64,000 nt of DNA from Octopus vulgaris (lineage: Eukaryota), in NCBI GenBank assembly GCA_951406725.2, contig OX597825.1, forward strand, positions 18,662,001 to 18,726,000. The letters are read 5' to 3'. Shown here in pieces: positions 56,146 to 64,000 of this stretch. A program made the translations under genes and the position numbers. Within the stretch, counting starts at the first letter, position 1. Each line of letters starts with the position of its first letter. Below the pieces are notes generated by a model. The model had not been told where the DNA came from. It saw nothing but the letters and a program-made list of their open reading frames with translations, and searched no databases.

Positions 56146-57071
56146 AATCATTTATCTACAAGAAATGACGCGTATACATAAATTCATAATGGTTGTTTCA
56201 TCGGAGCTATTGTTTCTTTTTTCAAGCAATATTTGCTCTAAGACACAAGAATACAAATTTAATTACCTAAAGACAAAGAAAATAGACAAAAAAGAAGAAA
56301 TAAATAAAAAAAAATATGATGGTGGAAAAATTGCGATTTCTTTTTCTTTTTCTAAGCTAATAACATAATTTTTTTTATATTGTTTTTGTGTTCTCTTCTC
56401 TAACAATTTCTTGTCTTGTTTGATTTTTACCCCTTATCTGATTACTTTTGATCTTTTAAAATAATCAAATTTTATTTTATTTATATTATATTAGTTCTTT
56501 TTTTTTCTTTTTTTTAAATTCTAAGTGAATAAATTCCATTTGGATATTCTTATTAAGTAAACAAATTTTCATAACTCTGAAGTAATTAGGTTTTTTTAGT
56601 CTTTTTCTAAACACTGCCTTAGTGACACAAACTGAAATATTCTTTGATACGTTTTAGCATGAATTAGCACTTTATTTTCTATTTTGCTCTTCATAAAACT
56701 AGAAAAGAAACAAAAATAATAACAACACCCGAACATTTACTATTCCAATTTAATGGGTATCGCTTATTTATTTATCTTTTATTTTCATTTTTTTTTTATC
56801 TCTCACTCATTAAGATATTCACCGTCAAAATTCAATCGATAGAAAGTAATTTTGGATGCCATGACTACTACAGCTTTATGCGAATTTTTTCTTTCTGTTT
56901 TCTTTTTAATATTTCTTTTTCTTCTTACTTTCTCTTTCGCTCTTCACTGTTAATAAAATGCCGTAATTGTATGGAAGAGAATATGTGTCTGTGTGTATTT
57001 ATATAGTTATATACATACAACCATATGTATATAAATTTATATATAATCACATACCTGTGTATACACATGTA

Positions 57072-57130
<59 letters not shown>

Positions 57131-57181
57131 ATATATGTGTGTGTGTGTGCTATTAAATTCATAATATATAAATTGAACTAT

Positions 57182-57239
<58 letters not shown>

Positions 57240-58179
57240 GCATGTACCTGTGTAGATGTTAATTATATGATTGTGCAGTTTGCTTTGCAGCAACTTGGAC
57301 TGTGGTTCTCTCTCAAGCAACAGAGTTAATTCCCTTTGTATTCTTTAATACATGCGAATTAAAATTTGGTTCGCATGCACCACACTATACAATATGTATG
57401 TATGGATGTATATATGTATGTATATATGTATGTATCTATCTAACTATATATCTACCTACCTACCTACCTATCGCTCACTCTCTCTCTCTATATATATATA
57501 TGTGTGTGTATTTATATATGTGTGTGTGTATTTATATGTGTCTGTATTTATATGTGTATGTGTATTTATGTGTGTGTATTTATATGTGTGTGTGTATTTA
57601 TATATGTGTGCGTATTTATATGTGTGTGTATTTATATGTATGTGTATATGTATGTGTGCGTGTGTGCGAAAGTGTGTGTGTGTGTGTATGTGTGCGTGTG
57701 TGTGTGTGTGTATATGTGCGTGTATGTGTGTGTATATGAGTGTGTTTGGGTGTTAAGTATTTCTGCTTATGAAAATCATACATTTGTCTTTTGACATAGA
57801 TATATTTCAGCAAATGTTATTGGCATATATCGGATTAAATACAAACTTGCAGCCATATTTCCTATATTTGTCAGTCAAAAAGTACATTCATTTATTCTCA
57901 TAGCTTTGCACTAGCCACGTGCCCAGTACGTTTGAACTCTTTAGCAATGTACAAATTCATGTAAATTTATGTATCTTTATAAAGAAATATATGGCGCGTA
58001 TCTTGATATAAAATGATTCTTTGTAGAGGTAACAGGTCGATTACACGAACCCCTGTACTTTATTTTTGTCGATCCTGAAGGAATAAAAGGAAACTTTGAC
58101 TTTGGTAAATCTAAGATTCAGAAGAAGTGCCTCTTAATATTTGTAAGAAAGCAAACGATTCTTCCAGCTAGTCGCTCTG

Positions 58180-58740
58180 CAAGACCAAAACTGGCTTGAA
58201 CATCATAACATACCGGCAGGAAAATAACATCACTACGTGAGACAAGCTGACACTGAATTAGCCTCGCTGATTGTCAGATGACGGTCTCGTTTAGAGAATG
58301 CGTGGGCTAAGTCTACGCCTCTTCATTGGTCAGTTAAAGTTGAGATAGTGTCACGTGACAATTTGCTGGGGCTGCCTGCTGGAGCCTAGAGCAGGTACTT
58401 AAAGGTAAATTTCACATACAGTCAGTCGTCCGCTGACACTCGTTGACGCTACATGGAAGATGCAAGGGAACAGAAGAAAGCAGAAGAAAGAAGACATGCA
58501 CCCAACACCAGAGCTGAAGACACCTCCAAAAGTGGGGCCCCGCCACGTCAAAACAGTAGAGGAGTAGGGGCCGAAACCGGACATGGTTACTCCTGATGAT
58601 GTCTTGAGCTAACTGGATCGTATAAAAGATCTTTTGTTGTAGCAGACCACGAAACACGGTTGAAATTCCTAGCGAAACATATCTGGTAAGCGGGATTAAT
58701 AAAAATCATGCGGATGATTCTTAATGCGAGTAGCGTATGA
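58180..58740 (+). mobile_element. GC-richer unit with tandem hammerhead-like cores and promoter-like motifs (Penelope pLTR-like)
   Basis: CTGAAGA(58514)...GAAACCGG(58573) and CTGATGA(58593)...GAAACACGG(58651). ATTGG at 58325, TGTCACGTGACA at 58349 and TACTTAAAG at 58396. Confidence 0.45.
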
Positions 58741-59019
58741 AGAAAAATACTTTCCAGCCGAGTTAAATATAAGCAAAGGCGTGAGATGAATGACTTTGAA
58801 AATGAGGTGTGATAATTGAATTGAAATTTTATGAAATTCGAATCTATACTCTTAGCGAATTGATAACGTAGACGATATAAAATGCATAAACAAATAATAC
58901 TTAAACCAAACTTGGAGCTAGATGTTATTAATATCTGAAAATCGGGGGATATACTCTCAAAGAAGTTTTCCAAATAGAAATCAATATGAAATTTCATAAA
59001 AAAAAAAAACCTTCCTTCT

Positions 59020-59298
59020 CGAGCCATAAGGGCCAGTCTCCCGGTTTCCTTGGGGTAAAGGTTCCTCACCTGGACGGGACGCCGGTCCGTCATAGGTCAG
59101 CTGCAAGATGCAGGAGGAAATAATGTGAGAAAGTTGTGGCGAAAGAGTCAGCAGTAGTTCACCATTACCTTCTGTCGGAGCCGCGTAGAGCTTAGGATTT
59201 TCGCTCATAAACACACACAGCATCCGGTCTAAGATTCGAACCCGCGATCCCTCGACCACGACTCAGCTGCTCTAACCACTAGGTCATGTTCCTCTACA
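59020..59298 (-). mobile_element. SINE family B copy
   Basis: Reverse complement shows CCTAGTGGTTAGAGCAGC...GGGTTCGAATC and a type-1-like tail. Confidence 0.8.
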
Positions 59299-60644
59299 TG
59301 AAATTATATAGACTAAGCAAATTAGTATCAACTCTAGGAGTATATCTTAAAATATGGAATATAGCTGCGAGAATCAATCGTTGCTACACTTATAAAATAT
59401 AGATGATACATAGTTCCATACTTACATTTCCTAAGATTTCTTAAGTGTTCTGCATTTTCCGCCGGCAAGTATATATTTTGTATATATTTTGCTTGATTCG
59501 AAATTACATTCATTTCTCTAAAACTAGAAATATTAAATTCCTAAAATCCAAAAGTATATATGCAGGTAATCCCCATTTAACTGTAACATATTTTAACCTG
59601 GCAATGATTATCGTATCAGTTGCATAATTTCGAGTGTGTGCCTCTCTTTAAAAAAACAATTTTCATAAAACAGAAAAGGAAAACCTGGGCCAAAATATGA
59701 TATTGTAATTTCTTCATTTAGAGGAAGTGATAAAGTACAAATACCATAGAATATATACACATACATGCACACACTTAAAGCAGCGTTAGCGGAGTATTCT
59801 TGCTGTAGGCATAATGATTCTCAAATGCCAAGATCCTTATCTCTAGGTTTAACATTAGTTAATAGATAACTGTTATTTTAATTGCTATTTCACATAACTT
59901 GTGTATATCTATTGATTTTTGGCTCATATGTTAGTATCAATAAAGCTTCCTTATATAATCTAGTCTTTTAGTAGAATTGTACTCTGTATGGTATAGTTAT
60001 CTATCGGGTTTTCCTATCTGGCCTTGATTTTCGTTGTATATCATATACAATTTACTTTTAAAATCATTGTAACTGATATTTAAACGGTGGTAAGTAGTCA
60101 TGCCTCAATGACCGATACTACAGTAACAGTCAAAAAGTTTAGAATTGTCGTCTTATATATAAAGGATTTTTATCATATTGGTTGTCAAATGTACATACGC
60201 GTTTCATGTTGTTAGGAATATCTTAGATTCTGGCGGTTTTGTAAATCTCTTCTGTTAACTTGTAGTTTTATGCGATACATAGGGTTATTTCTTATGTTAT
60301 GTTTTAACGAAATTTCTATGCGTATGAACGGGATTCCTTGCGTGACCTCCATTTGAGACGTTCATGGCTTATATTCAAAAACATGGTTTTGCACAATCAT
60401 AGCTGCTAGTTGATAACATAATCGTTATGACATAAAGAACAGGCGCTTAAGCAAAGCTTTATTAATTCCATCTTTAATTTCAATATAAATTATGGCCCTA
60501 ACGTAGTTTGGCTTCGTTGAACAAATCCAGTGTGATCGTATCGACAGGAAGAACAGCACACACTATACTGGAAAAGATTATTACCTCTAGATATATTAAA
60601 ATGCATATATATATAATTACTACAATATATGACAAATGGGTTCT

Positions 60645-61038
60645 AATTTTAGAATATACTGCGCTCTCTGTCCGACATTAGTTAAAACTTTAAAATATAA
60701 TTGTAATCTTAACGTAGTAAAACTGGTAGAAAGTCTGCATATTTCAGCTACTTACAGGGACAGCGATGTGGTACCTATGTCAATTTTTAGAATATACTGC
60801 GCTCTCTGTCAGATATTAGTTAAAATTTAATAATTTTAACGTAGTAAAACTGGTGGAAAGTCTGCATATTTCAGCTACTTACAGGGACAGCGATGTGGTA
60901 CCTATATCAATTTTTAGAATATACTGCGCTCTCTGTCAGACAGTTAAAATTTAATAATTTTAACGTAGAAAAACTGGTGGAAAGTCTGCATATTTCAGCT
61001 ACTTACAGGGACAGTGATGTGGTCCCTATAACAATTTT
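60645..61038. repeat. Minisatellite: 3 tandem units of ~124-137 bp
   Basis: Units start at 60645, 60782 and 60909 (AATTTT(T)AGAATATACTGCGCTCTCTGTC...CAGGGACAGCGATGTGGTACCTAT). Confidence 0.95.
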
Positions 61039-61960
61039 CCTCCGGGTTGGAGATGTAAAATGTAAAACTATGAAAATTTGGCTTACGTGCAGACGATAAC
61101 ATTTATTAAGCTTCACATACATTTCCATGGCACAGTTATTACCATATCATGTGAATGCAAGAGAGAACTGAGCTGGAAATGACACCAATTTAGCTGTTGA
61201 GATTAAATCATGATGGCAGTTCAGAAACATTGATTATCACTTTGCAAACTGCTTACTTTTTTACTAATGCTTGGCGGTTTATATAAAGATTACCTTAAAA
61301 AGATTACCTATGAGAAGAGACAGATGCACGTTCCAGAAATAATTATGATAGGATATAGACATACCATTTTTCATTCATATGTTAAACTTGCTCAGTTTTG
61401 TTCACACTGAAAATGTTTGTTCACCTTGAGCACATTTATTAACGTTATACAAATTTGATAAACTTGAGCATATGAATATTTTACACGATGTACCCAATTC
61501 GTGTTTCACTAAAGGAATCTTGTGATGTATTTCACAAATCTTGAATAATAAAGATAATAAAAAACAGTAATTTACATGATGATAAAGAAGGAAATTGTAC
61601 AGTCTGCAGACACAGACTTCGACTGTCTTTGATGAGAATATCAATCAAATACGCCAGTATATGATTATGGCTGTAACATTTTATAGAACCTAAACAGAAA
61701 TAATGAAGGAAAGAATGATAGATAGATTGATAGATAAATTGATACAAGGATAGTGTATATATGTGTGCGTGTCTGACTGATTGTATGTGTGTTTAGAGAG
61801 AGAGGGAGAAACAGAGAAAGAGAAGGAGAAAGATATGTGTGTGTATATATATATACGTATATATATAACACATAAACAGATAAATAGATATTCTGTACAA
61901 TAGATATGTGCAGAGATAAATTGACAGATGGTTGGTTGTTGTATATAAGTACATATATAA

Positions 61961-61995
<35 letters not shown>

Positions 61996-62170
61996 AGTGT
62001 GTCTTGTTTTCTGTATCTATATGGTTTTCAATCATAGATATATGAACATACTTATATTTAGATGCATACACTCATAAATAGACAAAACAACACACAAATA
62101 TGAATATAATATTTCTTACATACATACATATATACATACATATATATGTCTATATATATATACATACATA

Positions 62171-62226
<56 letters not shown>

Positions 62227-62439
62227 TAGACAGATGTATGTCTATGCGTACGATTCAATACATAGTACATAAATGTGTATAAATATATGTGTGCACGTAC
62301 GCGTCAGTCTGCGTGTGGTTGTACATATCAGTATGTAAGTATACACAGATCTACAGATTATTAGATCGATAAACAGAGACATACCCATACGCGTGCATAC
62401 ACGCACGCACACACATACAGCACACACAAACATATATAA

Positions 62440-62480
<41 letters not shown>

Positions 62481-63008
62481 TGTGGATATAAGTGTGTGGG
62501 TGTGTGTGTATGTGTGTGTGTTTGTGTTTAGACAGTTAGATATGTAGATAGGAAAAAGAAACAGATTGAAAGAAAGATCGATAAAGATAGGTAATTATAT
62601 GGATATAAATAAAAACAAAATGACAAAAAAAGTACCAAATATATAGAAGGATACACTATATAGATAAATAATAAATATATACACATAAGTCATAGAAAAA
62701 CATTGTGCTAACTTAATAATAAATCAATTCGGTTATTTTTCTTGCACACTTCCCTTCTGTAAACTACGTTGAAATATATCCTCTTATATTTGTCGAAAAT
62801 TTCATTGGTATGTTGTAAAAGAAAATATATCCCTTTGTTCTTTTTGTGTGTAAAAGCATTAAATACAGAATTCTATACATATATAAACAATGTGATATTT
62901 TTCTGTCGTGTCAAATACAAATAAATATGGAAAAGTAAACTGAATTCAACATTTCTTATGTGGTGCGCATATAATTTCCCATGCGTATATAAACATAGAC
63001 ATACATAC

Positions 63009-63045
<37 letters not shown>

Positions 63046-63209
63046 ACTGCATTCACATACAAACGAGGACGGATTACTTACAGTATATACACGACACATA
63101 ATTGTGGTAGAATGCTTTTGCGTGTATACATACACATATATACGTATATGTACATATAAGTCTATATATTTAGTACATATATATATATATATATACATGA
63201 ATGGGTATG

Positions 63210-63269
<60 letters not shown>

Positions 63270-63376
63270 TATATACATATATATATATATATACATATAT
63301 ATATACATATATATGCATATATATATATATACATATATATAGCCATACACACACACATATAGATGCAAACACATAT

Positions 63377-63435
<59 letters not shown>

Positions 63436-64000
63436 ATATACGTGTATCAGTATGTGATGTTGGCAATTAATGACTCCAGCATCCATTACTCAGATTTTCA
63501 TAGTCACACACACAAGATGTCCGTTGGTATTCGAAGCATTAAGCACCTGTCAGAACGTCAGTGAAAATCGAAACAATGGCCTTAGGGAGAAATTAACTGT
63601 TAACCTACAAGTTTGCATTGAACATGACATACCATGGACTCTTATACATGTCTGTATGTTTGTGTGTGTATGTGTGCATGTATACGCCTGTGCATGCGTT
63701 TGTATATATTTGAGATTGCGTATGCGTTTCACTGCTCAGACATGCAGTTTAAGGATTTTGATACGGTTTACCACATCATATACTGTATCTTGTAATTCAG
63801 AATTTCGCTTTTATCACGGATCATAATGAGGATATACTTTGCTTTGTGAGTACAACGGTTTAATACGGAACAACTGAAGTTATATGATGAGGCAGAGAAC
63901 TTTATATTTCCTACCATATTTGACCCGGAAAAAATCCAATATGATTTTAGGGATTGAAAGGGATTGGAAATGAGTCTTGAATTTTCAGCCTGCAGAAAAG

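Noticed and set aside
60645-61038. Possible CRISPR-like array
   Set aside because: Contiguous >120-bp tandem units with no unique spacers, no cas genes, eukaryotic context.

Overview
This is AT-rich eukaryotic, non-genic DNA, almost certainly animal. The dense (TA)n/(CA)n/(TAA)n microsatellites and three high-copy SINE families suggest an octopus (cephalopod) intergenic or intronic region; that assignment is inferred. No host exon could be supported, and nearly all ORF-track entries are microsatellite artefacts. The only long real reading frame is a young, 5'-truncated R4/Dong-clade LINE (RT + CCHC + restriction-like endonuclease, 15827-17800) inserted in a TAA array. Three further R4/Dong relics, decayed CR1/L2- and RTE-like fragments, three dead Tc1/mariner/maT transposase genes, several MITEs (one Merlin-like with an 8-bp TSD) and more than 25 SINE copies are present. 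The most interesting signal is a set of five unrelated non-coding elements carrying minimal type I hammerhead-ribozyme folds (CYGANGA...GAAA, short palindromic stem III), as in Penelope pLTRs. They include a tRNA-headed SINE-like unit with a hammerhead, inserted as a head-to-head inverted dimer (24365-24825), a hammerhead foldback inside a (TA)n tract, and a tandem-hammerhead unit with promoter-like motifs.
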